Source of the DNA: Acidobacteriota bacterium
GTDB lineage: Bacteria > Acidobacteriota > Thermoanaerobaculia > UBA2201
NCBI GenBank assembly: GCA_037441225.1
Contig: JBBISU010000019.1
Span: 1 to 55,308, forward strand
DNA: 55,308 bases
Reading direction: 5' to 3'
Part shown: one piece after another, positions 8,872 through 18,648 of the stretch
Layout: every line of letters starts with the position of its first letter
Position numbering within the stretch: the first letter of the stretch is position 1
Translations under genes and position numbers: made by a program
The notes under the pieces: model-generated
What the model saw: only the letters and a program-made list of their open reading frames with translations
Told to the model about the DNA's origin: nothing
Databases searched by the model: none

Positions 8872-10564
8872 TGTATTTGGTATATTTCTAATTTTTATAT
8901 ATGTTTTTTCCTTAAATTCTCAGGAAAAACAAGACCCTTTAAGTGATTTAAAACTTCAAACTCCAATAGAACCATTTCTTGGTTTAACTTCTTCTTTTTG
9001 TGAATTTAGAACCACCCACTTGCATAGTGGGGTTGATTTTTCAACAGGGCAAAAAAATGGACTTCCTGTCCTTGCAACATTGGATGGAGAAATAAGAGAA
9101 GTCAAAATTACTTATAGGGGCTATGGAAAGGCACTTTATCTTTACCATAATAACAATTTAACTTCTGTTTATGCCCATTTATCAAAATTTCATCCTTCAA
9201 TTGAAGAATATTTAAAATCCTATTATGATAAAGCATTATATCCAGGAACCATTACTATTGACCCACCATTGAAGGTTCTAAAAGGAGATATAATTGCCTA
9301 CAGTGGAGAGACAGGAGAGGGCTATCCTCATTTGCATTATGAACTAAGAAAAAACAATAATCCTATAAATCCACTTCCTTATTTTTCCTTTAAAAATGAA
9401 TCAAAAATTAAGATAAAAAAAATAGTAATAACACCTGAAAGCCCTACTTCAAGTATAAATAATAGATTTACAAAAGTATCTTTCCCTTTTCCATTAAAAA
9501 ATGAAATTAAGGTAAGAGGCCCTTTTTCAATTGGAGTTGAAGTTTATGATTTTTATAATGGAAATAAAAGGGGTATTCAAAAAATACTTTTATATCTCAA
9601 CAATGAACTTGTTTGTCGAGTTTCTCCTGATATTTATTCTTTTGATAATTATTATGGCGTAAGATTTCTTTATGATGGCTTATTTTCTAAGTTTTCCACA
9701 ATAAAATTAGTTTACAATTTAAATCCACAAAAAGGTAATCCTTATAGCTTTATTTCAGGGAAAAATTTTTTTGATTTAAAGGAAGGGAAATATCTTTTTA
9801 AAATTGTTGTTTATGGAATAGAAGATTCTATGGAAGAAAAACTTATTATGAATGTTTTGAAACCCTTAGATAAGCCACCTAAACTAAATCAAAACTTTTT
9901 TTTAAAAACCCATTTCTTCCTTAAAAATCAAGAGGGACAGTTTTATCCTGAATCAATAAGAGAATACGATATTGGTTTAAATAAATTTTATATCGGCTAC
10001 CTAAAACCCTATGAAAAATTTGTTTTGCCTCCTTATGAAATAATACATAAGGAAAATATTCCAATCCCCTTTTGCTTTTATTTAAAAAAAGAAAACAATG
10101 ATTCGAAATTAAGAGAAATAACCCCTTCTCTTTTTATAGAACCAAAAGATTTGGGGCTTTCAAAAAAAATTGAAATTTCAGTAGATTTAAAGGAAGAAAT
10201 GGAAAAAGAAAAAATTGGCATTTATAGGATAAGAGGAAATCTTTATTTAGGTGGAAATTGGGAAGGAGATAAGTTAAAGGCAGAGGTCTTTGCACCAGAA
10301 GATTATTATGTTTTAAAAGATGAAATACCACCACTAATTTTAAAAATCTGGAAAAAAAATAAAAAGATATATGTTTTGACAAAAGATATTGGCTCTGGAA
10401 TACCCTGGGATGGAGTAAAAGTTTCAATAAATAATAAAGTTAAAATTTTGGAATATGATCCTGACCATTTGATAGCAAAAGGAGAATTGGAAGAAAAAGG
10501 GAGATGCTTGATTATGGTAAGTGATTATGCAAAAAATAAAACTTCAAGAGCTTTTGAATTTTAA
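8795..10564 (+). CDS. M23-family metallopeptidase with a large C-terminal extension
   Basis: HLHSGVDF and GEGYPHLHYELR motifs (HxxxD / HxH). The start is uncertain, because the first in-frame ATG overlaps the S41 gene by 77 nt. Confidence 0.8.
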   Translation: MMNRYCNLFKTLIKLKNLQKIILKISVFGIFLIFIYVFSLNSQEKQDPLSDLKLQTPIEPFLGLTSSFCEFRTTHLHSGVDFSTGQKNGLPVLATLDGEIREVKITYRGYGKALYLYHNNNLTSVYAHLSKFHPSIEEYLKSYYDKALYPGTITIDPPLKVLKGDIIAYSGETGEGYPHLHYELRKNNNPINPLPYFSFKNESKIKIKKIVITPESPTSSINNRFTKVSFPFPLKNEIKVRGPFSIGVEVYDFYNGNKRGIQKILLYLNNELVCRVSPDIYSFDNYYGVRFLYDGLFSKFSTIKLVYNLNPQKGNPYSFISGKNFFDLKEGKYLFKIVVYGIEDSMEEKLIMNVLKPLDKPPKLNQNFFLKTHFFLKNQEGQFYPESIREYDIGLNKFYIGYLKPYEKFVLPPYEIIHKENIPIPFCFYLKKENNDSKLREITPSLFIEPKDLGLSKKIEISVDLKEEMEKEKIGIYRIRGNLYLGGNWEGDKLKAEVFAPEDYYVLKDEIPPLILKIWKKNKKIYVLTKDIGSGIPWDGVKVSINNKVKILEYDPDHLIAKGELEEKGRCLIMVSDYAKNKTSRAFEF

Positions 10565-10613
10565 TTATATAGAAAAATCTTGCTTTTACTCTATAGGCAA
10601 TAAGCCATTCCTC

Positions 10614-11570
10614 CTACAGATAGCCATTTTCTTTCATCCAATCATCATTATAAAATTTGCTTAAATATCTGTTTCCATGGTCTGGTAAGATTACAACTAT
10701 ATTTTTTCCCGGATTTTCTTTTGCAACTTTTAAGCCAGCAAAAAGGGCAGCACCTGAGGAGCCCCCTGCAAAGATTCCTTCTTCTTTTGCAAGTTTTCTT
10801 GCCATTAAAAAGCCATCCCTGTCTTCCACTTGAATGAAATCATCTAAAACAGAAAAATCCATACACTTTACAAGGTAATCCTCACCTATTCCTTCTAATT
10901 TATAAACCTTTGGTTCAATTAATTTTCCTGTTTTAAAGTAAGGTGTAAAAACAGAGCCAATTGCATCAACTCCTATAACTTTTATTTTGCTGTTTTTTTC
11001 TTTTAAAAATTTTCCAGTCCCTGAAATTGTTCCACCAGTTCCAGCACCTGCAACAAAGATATCTATTTTTCCATCCATTTCTTCCCAGATTTCAGGCCCT
11101 AATGTCTTATAATAAGCTTCTATATTCCAGGGGTTGTTATATTGATCTATATAATAAGCATTTAATTCTTTTGCTAATTTTTTTGCAACAGAATAATAAC
11201 TTTCTTCTGATTCAGGTTGAACTGCTGTTTTACATACAACAACTTCTGCCCCATAAGCTTTTAACTGATTTATCTTTTCCTGGCTCATTTTATCAGGAAT
11301 TGTAAAGATTGATTTATAACCCTTAAGTTTTGAAATTAAAGCAACTGCTGCACCAGTATTTCCTGATGTATTTTCTACAATAACCATTCCTGGCTTTAAG
11401 AAGCCTTCTTCTTCTGCTCTTTTTATAATGTGCAAAGCCATCCTGTCTTTAATTGAACCAGTAGGGTTTAGATATTCACACTTTAAAAAAATATTTGCTT
11501 CTGCCTTTATATTTTTTAAAGGAACTAAGGGGGTATTACCAATAGAAGAAACTAAACTTTCAAATTTCAT
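10614..11570 (-). CDS. Cysteine synthase / cystathionine-beta-synthase-family PLP enzyme (intact)
   Basis: IGNTPLVPL, NPTGSIKDR (PLP lysine), TSGNTGAAVA, GGSSGAA. Start placed at the internal Met (MKFESLVSSIGNTPL) rather than the 20-codon hydrophobic extension to 11630. Confidence 0.85.
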   Translation of the reverse strand: MKFESLVSSIGNTPLVPLKNIKAEANIFLKCEYLNPTGSIKDRMALHIIKRAEEEGFLKPGMVIVENTSGNTGAAVALISKLKGYKSIFTIPDKMSQEKINQLKAYGAEVVVCKTAVQPESEESYYSVAKKLAKELNAYYIDQYNNPWNIEAYYKTLGPEIWEEMDGKIDIFVAGAGTGGTISGTGKFLKEKNSKIKVIGVDAIGSVFTPYFKTGKLIEPKVYKLEGIGEDYLVKCMDFSVLDDFIQVEDRDGFLMARKLAKEEGIFAGGSSGAALFAGLKVAKENPGKNIVVILPDHGNRYLSKFYNDDWMKENGYL

Positions 11571-11674
11571 AAAAGAGATTTTACTATTTAAAAAAATTAA
11601 TGTCAAATTATAAAGAAAATATTTAAACAAAGATATTTTTGATTTTTTTTAGTTTTTATTTTATTATAGTTTAA

Positions 11675-12670
11675 ATGGAAAAAAACAATGTTTCTTTAAT
11701 TTTAATCAATTACAATAGTTTTCCATATATAAAATATTGTATTGATTCTGTCTTAAACCAGAAAGAGCCCTTTTTTGAAGTCTTAATCTTTGACAACGCC
11801 TCATCTGATGAATCCGTAAGTTTTCTGAAAGGGTTAAAAAATGCTAAGTTATATCTTAATGATAAAAATATTGGTTTTTGTGCTGCTTTTAATTTTTTAT
11901 TTAAGGAATCAAAAGGGGAATGGATTTTGCTCTTAAACCCTGATTTAAAACTTCCACTTGATTTTAATGAAAAATTAAATAACTTTTTAAAAGAAAATAC
12001 TTTAAAAGATATTGGATCATTTTCACCAAAGATTTTTAGGGCAGAAGGAGATGAATTAAAAGAAACAAAGATAATTGATTCAACAGGAATTTATTTAAAT
12101 CCCTTTTTCCGTGCCCTTGATAGGGGTTCAAATGAAGTTGATATTGGAAAATATGAAAGAAAGGAATATGTTTTTGGTTCAACTGGTGCTTGTGCTATAT
12201 ATAATAGAGGTGCCTTAAAGGAAGTTGAATTTAATGGAGAAGTGCTGGATGAAAGATTTTTTGTATATAGAGAAGATGTTGATTTGGCTTTTAGGTTACA
12301 ATGGAAGGGATATAAAACAATTTATCTTCCAGAGATTATTGCCTATCATAAAAGGTTTAATCTGCCTGAAAGAAGAAAAGAGATGCCAAAAGAAATCAAC
12401 TACCATTCTTTAAAAAACAGATATTTAATTAGAGGAAAAAATGAGACCTTTTTAATTTTTTTAATATTATCTCCTTTTACCTTTATTTATGAAATTTTAA
12501 TTTTTTTATATTGTATTTTTTTTGAAAGGTATTCATTGAAAAGTTATATTTATTTTTTTAAAAATTTAAAATCCACTTTAAAATGGAGAAGATTTACATT
12601 AAAATATAAGAAGGTCTCTTCACTTTATATTTTGAGTTATTTTTTATGGAAAAGAAAAAGGTATCAATAG
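11675..12670 (+). CDS. Glycosyltransferase family 2
   Basis: VSLILINYNS..CIDSVLNQ..FDNASSDES N-terminal GT-A signature, with C-terminal hydrophobic segments. Confidence 0.8.
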   Translation: MEKNNVSLILINYNSFPYIKYCIDSVLNQKEPFFEVLIFDNASSDESVSFLKGLKNAKLYLNDKNIGFCAAFNFLFKESKGEWILLLNPDLKLPLDFNEKLNNFLKENTLKDIGSFSPKIFRAEGDELKETKIIDSTGIYLNPFFRALDRGSNEVDIGKYERKEYVFGSTGACAIYNRGALKEVEFNGEVLDERFFVYREDVDLAFRLQWKGYKTIYLPEIIAYHKRFNLPERRKEMPKEINYHSLKNRYLIRGKNETFLIFLILSPFTFIYEILIFLYCIFFERYSLKSYIYFFKNLKSTLKWRRFTLKYKKVSSLYILSYFLWKRKRYQ

Positions 12671-13749
12671 TTGGGATAAGAGGAATACCAGCAAGATATG
12701 GGGGCTTTGAAACCCTTGTGGAGAATTTAGCACCTTTTTTAGCAAGAGAAGGATATAAAGTGATTGTATATGGAAGGAAAAAGTTTGTTCCAAAAAAATT
12801 AAAGTGGTATAAAGGGGTAAAAATTGTAATAACACCTTCCTTATCAACAAAGCACTTTGATACAATTAGCCACACTATTTTTTCAATTCCTCATATAATT
12901 TTCACAAGACCAAAGATTCTTTTTGTTTTAAATTTAATAAATATAATTTTTTGCTTACCTTTAAGGTTAATTGGGATTAAAATAATTGTAAATGTAGATG
13001 GGCTTGAGTGGGAAAGAAAAAAATGGGGATTTTTTGGAAAAAAGGCATATCAAATTTCTGCTTATCTTGCAACAAAGTTTGCAAATGAAATTGTAACGGA
13101 TGCAAAAGTAATAAAAAATTATTATGAAAGAAAATATAAAAAAAATTCAACCTTTATTCCCTATGGCTATGAGATTCAAAAACCAATTGGACTTGAAAGT
13201 GTGGAAAATTTGAATTTACAAGTTGGCGATTATTTTTTCTGGCTTGGACGCCTTGAACCAGAAAACAATCCTGAAATGGTAATTGAAGCTTTTAAAATGG
13301 CAAATACACAAAAAAAGTTATTATTATTAGGTGATAATCCTTATAAAAAAAAGTATGTAAAAAAATTAAAAAATTTAGCAAATGAAAAGATAATAATGCC
13401 TGGGGCTATTTATGGTGAAGGATATAGTCAGCTTTTACACAATTCCTATTGCTTTATACATTCATCAGAGGTAGGGGGAACACATCCTGCCTTAGTTGAA
13501 GCTATGGGTGCAGGAAAGCCAGTTCTTTTGCTTAAAAATCAACAAAACTATGAAGTAGCTGGTGATTTTGCAATTTATTTTAATGATAAATATGAGCTTA
13601 AAAATTTGGTTGAATGGAGTGATAAGAACCCTCAAAAGCTTTTAGAAATTGGAAAAAACTTAAAAAAGAGAGCAGAGGAAAATTATAGCTGGAAGAATGT
13701 TCTCTTAGAATATAAAAAATTATTTGAAAGGTTTTTAAAAAATGCTTAA
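12646..13749 (+). CDS. Glycosyltransferase family 4 (GT-B; DUF1972-type N-terminus)
   Basis: VSIVGIRGIPARYGGFETLVENL N-terminus and the EVGGTHPALVEAMGAGKPVL EX7E motif. Confidence 0.8.
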   Translation: MEKKKVSIVGIRGIPARYGGFETLVENLAPFLAREGYKVIVYGRKKFVPKKLKWYKGVKIVITPSLSTKHFDTISHTIFSIPHIIFTRPKILFVLNLINIIFCLPLRLIGIKIIVNVDGLEWERKKWGFFGKKAYQISAYLATKFANEIVTDAKVIKNYYERKYKKNSTFIPYGYEIQKPIGLESVENLNLQVGDYFFWLGRLEPENNPEMVIEAFKMANTQKKLLLLGDNPYKKKYVKKLKNLANEKIIMPGAIYGEGYSQLLHNSYCFIHSSEVGGTHPALVEAMGAGKPVLLLKNQQNYEVAGDFAIYFNDKYELKNLVEWSDKNPQKLLEIGKNLKKRAEENYSWKNVLLEYKKLFERFLKNA

Positions 13750-15157
13750 AGCAAGGGCTCGGCTTATTTCTTTTTTCATTTTTATAATAGATATTTTAAT
13801 TGTAATATTTTCTTTTCTTTTTTCTTATTATTTAAGAAATAACTTTTTGCCAAAATTATTCCCATCAAACTTTCAAAGAGGCCTTTACCCATTAAAAGAA
13901 TATACCCTCCTTCTTGCTTTAACAATTTTAATTTTTGCCTTTTTTTTAAGATATTTTAAGGTTTATAAAAGCCACAGGACATACCCTTTAATTTATGAAA
14001 TCTGGATAACATTAAAAGTTTCTTTTTTTTCATTCCTTTCCCTTTTTGCTTTCCTTTATTTGCTAAAATGGCATTTTGTATCAAGACCTTTCATTTTATT
14101 ATTTGTTTTGAATTTTTTTATATTCCTTTCAGTTGAAAAATTAATAATAAGATTAATTATTAGGTTTTTAAGAAAGAAGGGCTACAATTTTAGAAATCTT
14201 TTAATTGTAGGAAATGGAAGGCGAGCAATTGAAATTGCAAATATATTTAAAAAAAATCCTCACTGGGGAATTAATATTATTGGGTTTTTATCAGATGGCC
14301 ATAAGTCAGAGGTAAATACTTTAGGTGAAGTAAAGGAAATGGAAAAAGTTCTTGAAAATTATGTTGTTGATGATGTCATCTTTGCTGTTTCAAAGAGTAA
14401 ATTAGATGAATTAGAAGAAGTTGTTATGCTATGTCAAGAATTAGGGATAAATACAAGGATTGCTTTAAATATATTTCCAAAATTTAATTCAAAGATACAT
14501 ATAGAAGAAATTTCAGATATTCCACTTTTAACCTTTACAAGAATTCCAACAGATTATTTTGGATTATTTTTAAAAAGATTGATAGATATTGTTTTAGGTA
14601 TTTTTTTATTTATTTTATTTCTTCCTTTAATGATTATAATTTCCATTGCAATAAAAATTGATTCAAAAGGTCCTATTTTGTTTAAGCAAATTCGCCTTGG
14701 CTTAAATGGAAGGAAATTTTTAATTTATAAATTCAGGACTATGTTTGAAGGAGCTGAAAATTTCAGAAAAGATGTCTCCCATTTAAATGTAATGGATGGA
14801 CCTGTCTTTAAAGCCCCAAAAGACCCTCGCTTGACTAAGGTTGGGAAATTTTTAAGAAAATTTTCCTTAGATGAGCTTCCACAACTTTACAATGTCTTAA
14901 AAGGTGAGATGTCCCTTGTCGGTCCAAGGCCCTTGATTCCAGAAGAAATTGAAAAATTTGAAAGGTGGCAAAAGAGACGGCTCTCTATGAAACCTGGCCT
15001 GACTTGCCTATGGCAAATCTCAGGGAGGTCAAAACTTGATTTTGAGACCTGGATGAAACTTGATCTGGAATATATTGATAATTGGTCTTTAAAAAAGGAC
15101 TTAATTATTCTTCTTAAAACAATTCCAGCTGTTTTTACTGGAAAAGGAGCCCATTAA
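13742..15157 (+). CDS. Polyprenyl-phosphate sugar phosphotransferase (WcaJ/WbaP-like priming enzyme)
   Basis: Multi-TM N-terminus and the bacterial sugar-transferase C-domain: KRLIDIVL.., GPILFKQIRLG, LDELPQLYNVLKGEMSLVGPRP. Confidence 0.88.
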   Translation: MLKARARLISFFIFIIDILIVIFSFLFSYYLRNNFLPKLFPSNFQRGLYPLKEYTLLLALTILIFAFFLRYFKVYKSHRTYPLIYEIWITLKVSFFSFLSLFAFLYLLKWHFVSRPFILLFVLNFFIFLSVEKLIIRLIIRFLRKKGYNFRNLLIVGNGRRAIEIANIFKKNPHWGINIIGFLSDGHKSEVNTLGEVKEMEKVLENYVVDDVIFAVSKSKLDELEEVVMLCQELGINTRIALNIFPKFNSKIHIEEISDIPLLTFTRIPTDYFGLFLKRLIDIVLGIFLFILFLPLMIIISIAIKIDSKGPILFKQIRLGLNGRKFLIYKFRTMFEGAENFRKDVSHLNVMDGPVFKAPKDPRLTKVGKFLRKFSLDELPQLYNVLKGEMSLVGPRPLIPEEIEKFERWQKRRLSMKPGLTCLWQISGRSKLDFETWMKLDLEYIDNWSLKKDLIILLKTIPAVFTGKGAH

Positions 15158-15347
15158 TTTACAATCTTGCCTTTTGATTTGAAAATTTTTTCACTCCAAC
15201 TTTGAGAAAAAATTTTGTTTTTATTTCTGAAAATGTTATAATTTTTAAAGATGATATGTTCTGTATTTTTATCAATGATAGGGTTAAAAAGGCTTTTATC
15301 TTTGAAAAGGTTAATAAAATTTTCTATTTTTTTTATAATATTTTAAA

Positions 15348-16034
15348 ATGTTTTCGAAAATAATTTTTAAAATTTTTACTCAAAATTGTATCTTTTGTAA
15401 TGAAAAGACAAATAATTTTTATACTTCACCAGTTTGTAAAAAATGCTTTAATTCTCTGGAAATCTGGGGAAATAGCTGCATAAAATGTGGAAAAAGAGTA
15501 GAAAATGTAAAAATTTGTGGAGAATGTTTAGATAATAATGGCTTCTTTGATTATTTGTTTCACCTTTATTCTTATGAAGGAAAAGCAAAGGAAATTATAA
15601 ATTTATATAAATTTAAGGGCGCCTGGTACTTTGCAGAAGTTTTTTCAGAAAAAATATATGAAATTCTTAAAAGTATTGAAGAAGAATACAAATTTGCACC
15701 AATAACTTTTGTCCCTGCCCATCCTTACAGGATATTTACAAGAAATTACAACCCCGTTGAGTATTTAACAAAAAAATTTTGTAAAAAATACAATAAAATA
15801 TTTTTAGCTACTTTAAAGAAATTTAAATTTAAAAAACCACAAACTTCTTTAAATAAAAAAGAAAGAGAAAAAAATGTTAAAGGGACTTTTAAATTGATAG
15901 AAAAAGAACTGCCAGAAAAAATTATTATAATTGATGATATTTATACGACAGGAGCAACTCTTACTGAATGTGCAAAAGTTTTAAAAAAAGCTGGTGTTCA
16001 AAATGTTACAGGGATAACACTGGCAAGGGCATAA
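15348..16034 (+). CDS. ComF-family phosphoribosyltransferase-like protein
   Basis: N-terminal Cys4 (CxxC..CxxC..CxxC) and the PRT motif IIIIDDIYTTGATL. Confidence 0.8.
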   Translation: MFSKIIFKIFTQNCIFCNEKTNNFYTSPVCKKCFNSLEIWGNSCIKCGKRVENVKICGECLDNNGFFDYLFHLYSYEGKAKEIINLYKFKGAWYFAEVFSEKIYEILKSIEEEYKFAPITFVPAHPYRIFTRNYNPVEYLTKKFCKKYNKIFLATLKKFKFKKPQTSLNKKEREKNVKGTFKLIEKELPEKIIIIDDIYTTGATLTECAKVLKKAGVQNVTGITLARA

Positions 16035-16035
16035 A

Positions 16036-18648
16036 ATGAAAAAAAAGCAAGATTTGCTTTTAATCCTTTTTGCCTTTTTAACTTTTATAATGGGTTTTTT
16101 TTCCTTCCAGAGAAAAGTTGAAAGCTGGACCCCCTTAGGTTTTTATTTGGAAGACAAGGAAAAAGGACCAACAATTGTTCAAGTGGAAGCAGGTTCTTTT
16201 GCAGAAGAGATAGGTCTTAAGACAAAGGATATTTTAATTGAAGTAAATGGAATAAAAGGGAATTCTTCTTTATTAAAGAAGACCCTTTTATTAAATAAAA
16301 AAGGTTCAAAAATATTGATTTTAAGAGGAGAAAAAGTTCTTACCTTTGAATTCATTCCACCACAGGAAAAAATAGATACAGATTATTTGGTCTTTAGTTT
16401 TGTTGGCGCTGTTTTTTTTATTATTGGAATTATTAATTATTTCAATGAAAAAGATAAATTAAATTATATCTTTTCCTTTATTATGATCTTTTCCTTTGCT
16501 CTTTTTTCAATCCAGCCCTCTGGGAAGGTAAATGATTTGTGGAGAAGTATATATTCTTTTAAAACAATTATTTCCTTTTTAATCTTTCCCCTTTTAATAA
16601 ATTTTTTCATATATTTTCCAAGAATAATTTTCTTAAAAAAATTAAAATTCTTCTGGCTTATATATCTGCCAGGAATAGTCCTCTCTTTTTTGTTTATTGA
16701 TGCTTTTCCTTTAGGTGGGAAAATTTTAGTAAAAGAAGAAAATATTCCATTTATTTTACAGTTTAGATATTTTTATTTAATAATATACTCAATTTTATTA
16801 ATTTCACTATTTATTTTTCAATGGATTAGACCTAAAAAAAACTATCAATGGAATAAATGGATCTGGGCTATATCTGGAATTCTTGGTTTTATTCCATATA
16901 TATTTTTTGAAGTAATTTATAAAGAACTTGGTTTTGAACCAGAAATACCCTTATGGGCTCTGGTAATCTTTATGGTTCTGCTTCCCTTATCATTTTCTGT
17001 TGCCCTATCTTCTGGAAGGCAGGAAAATCTTTTAACCTATTTTTTAAATACCTTTTACTTCTTATTGGCTCTTTTTTTTGGCCTTTTTCTTTATATATTT
17101 TTCAATGCTTTTATTTTAAAATTATTCCATCAAAAAATTAAAGCAAGTCAAAACTTTATCCTTTTTCTATCGGGCTTTTTAATTTCCCTTTTATTATATT
17201 TAACAAGAAAAAAATTATTTCTTCTTTTAGATAAAATTTTAAGAACCAAAAGATTTGAAATACAAGAAAAAATTTCCCTGTTTACACAAGAGATGGCTTT
17301 TTATAAAAACCCGGAAAAGCTTTTAATGGATTTATTTTCAATTCTTAAATCCTTATTTTCTTTAAATTATGTGAATTTTTATTATTTCAAGGAAAAGGAA
17401 TGGGAAGCTTTTTTAAAAGATGATAAAATTCCAGAAAAGATTGGAGAAGAGGAAATTCAAGCTTTGATGAAAAAATTTAAAGTTTTTATCCTTTCAATAA
17501 AAAACAAGAAAATTGGTGCTCTGATTTTAGGAGACAAGGAAGGAAATTTGCCTTTATCTTTCTGGGAAATTTCAATAATAAAAAATATTATAACTCCTTT
17601 AAGTTTTTATTTTCAAAACTTAACCCTTTTACAGGAATTAGAAAAAAAATACGAGGAACTTTCCTATTCCCAGAATTTCTTGGAAACGATTTTTTCTTTT
17701 TCCCCTTTAGGACTTTTAATTTTAAATAATAATGGAGAAATAATAAAATTAAATTCTTCTGCAAAAGAAATACTCAGCATAAAGCAAGAGGAAAATTTTT
17801 TTAAAATCTTTCCAAAAATGAAAAACTCAATTTTTGAAGGACAAATAATAAATTATGGAGGAAAGACATTACTTATCACACAAGCACTTCTCCCTTCTAA
17901 AGTGGAAGAAAAAAACTATATAGTATTTTTAAATGATTTAACTGAAAAAGTAAGTTTACAAGAGGCATTAAAAGAAAAGGAAAAAATGGCTCTAATGGGA
18001 CAGTTTTCTTCCACTTTAGCCCATGAATTAAATACTCCTTTGACTGCAATTTGTTCCTATTCACAAATTTTGATGAAAAAATTTAAGGAGGGCTCTGAAG
18101 AATATAAAAAATTTTATTATATTTATAAAGAAAGCTTTCATATGTCCCGGCTTATAAATTCTTTACTTGACTTTTCAAAATCCCAGAGGATAAATTTTGT
18201 TCCTACTTCAATAAAAGAAATAATAAATGAAGCTCTTTTTATTTTAAAGCCCCTTTTGGAAGAAAAAAATTTTAGTGTTGAAATAAAAGAAAATAAGGAC
18301 ATATTTATAAAAACAGATCCCGTGCTTTTAAAACAAGCTCTTTTTAATATAATAAAAAATGGCTGTGAAGCTGTAAACTATAATGGAATTGTTTCTTTAT
18401 CTTATTGCTTAAAAAATGACAAGTTAAACATTTTAGTTGAAGATTCAGGTAAAGGCATTGATGAAGAAATTAAAGAAAAGGTTTTTGAACCTTTTTTCTC
18501 AACAAAAGTTGGAAGAGGGACTGGTTTGGGTCTTACAATAAGCTATGCTATCATAAAAAGTATGGGAGGAAATTTGTACTTTGAAAAAGGAAAAGAAAAA
18601 GGTACAATAGTTAAGTTAGAGATACCTTATGAAGATATTGATTATTGA
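16036..18648 (+). CDS. Sensor histidine kinase: TM + PDZ-like domain + ~10 TM segments + PAS-like + HisKA/HATPase
   Basis: PDZ-like GPTIVQVEAGSFAEEIGLKTKDILIEVNG after TM1. H-box FSSTLAHELNTPL, N-box NIIKNGCEA, G-boxes EDSGKGI and GRGTGLGL. Confidence 0.88.
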   Translation: MKKKQDLLLILFAFLTFIMGFFSFQRKVESWTPLGFYLEDKEKGPTIVQVEAGSFAEEIGLKTKDILIEVNGIKGNSSLLKKTLLLNKKGSKILILRGEKVLTFEFIPPQEKIDTDYLVFSFVGAVFFIIGIINYFNEKDKLNYIFSFIMIFSFALFSIQPSGKVNDLWRSIYSFKTIISFLIFPLLINFFIYFPRIIFLKKLKFFWLIYLPGIVLSFLFIDAFPLGGKILVKEENIPFILQFRYFYLIIYSILLISLFIFQWIRPKKNYQWNKWIWAISGILGFIPYIFFEVIYKELGFEPEIPLWALVIFMVLLPLSFSVALSSGRQENLLTYFLNTFYFLLALFFGLFLYIFFNAFILKLFHQKIKASQNFILFLSGFLISLLLYLTRKKLFLLLDKILRTKRFEIQEKISLFTQEMAFYKNPEKLLMDLFSILKSLFSLNYVNFYYFKEKEWEAFLKDDKIPEKIGEEEIQALMKKFKVFILSIKNKKIGALILGDKEGNLPLSFWEISIIKNIITPLSFYFQNLTLLQELEKKYEELSYSQNFLETIFSFSPLGLLILNNNGEIIKLNSSAKEILSIKQEENFFKIFPKMKNSIFEGQIINYGGKTLLITQALLPSKVEEKNYIVFLNDLTEKVSLQEALKEKEKMALMGQFSSTLAHELNTPLTAICSYSQILMKKFKEGSEEYKKFYYIYKESFHMSRLINSLLDFSKSQRINFVPTSIKEIINEALFILKPLLEEKNFSVEIKENKDIFIKTDPVLLKQALFNIIKNGCEAVNYNGIVSLSYCLKNDKLNILVEDSGKGIDEEIKEKVFEPFFSTKVGRGTGLGLTISYAIIKSMGGNLYFEKGKEKGTIVKLEIPYEDIDY

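Noticed and set aside
15158-15335. Start-less minus-strand frame KIENFINLFKDKSLFNPIIDKNTEHIIFKNYNIFRNKNKIFSQSWSEKIFKSKGKIVN* between the sugar-transferase and comF genes
   Set aside because: It vaguely resembles the C-terminal tail of GT4 glycosyltransferases, so it could be another gene remnant. It has no start codon and no diagnostic motif, so it is not reportable.
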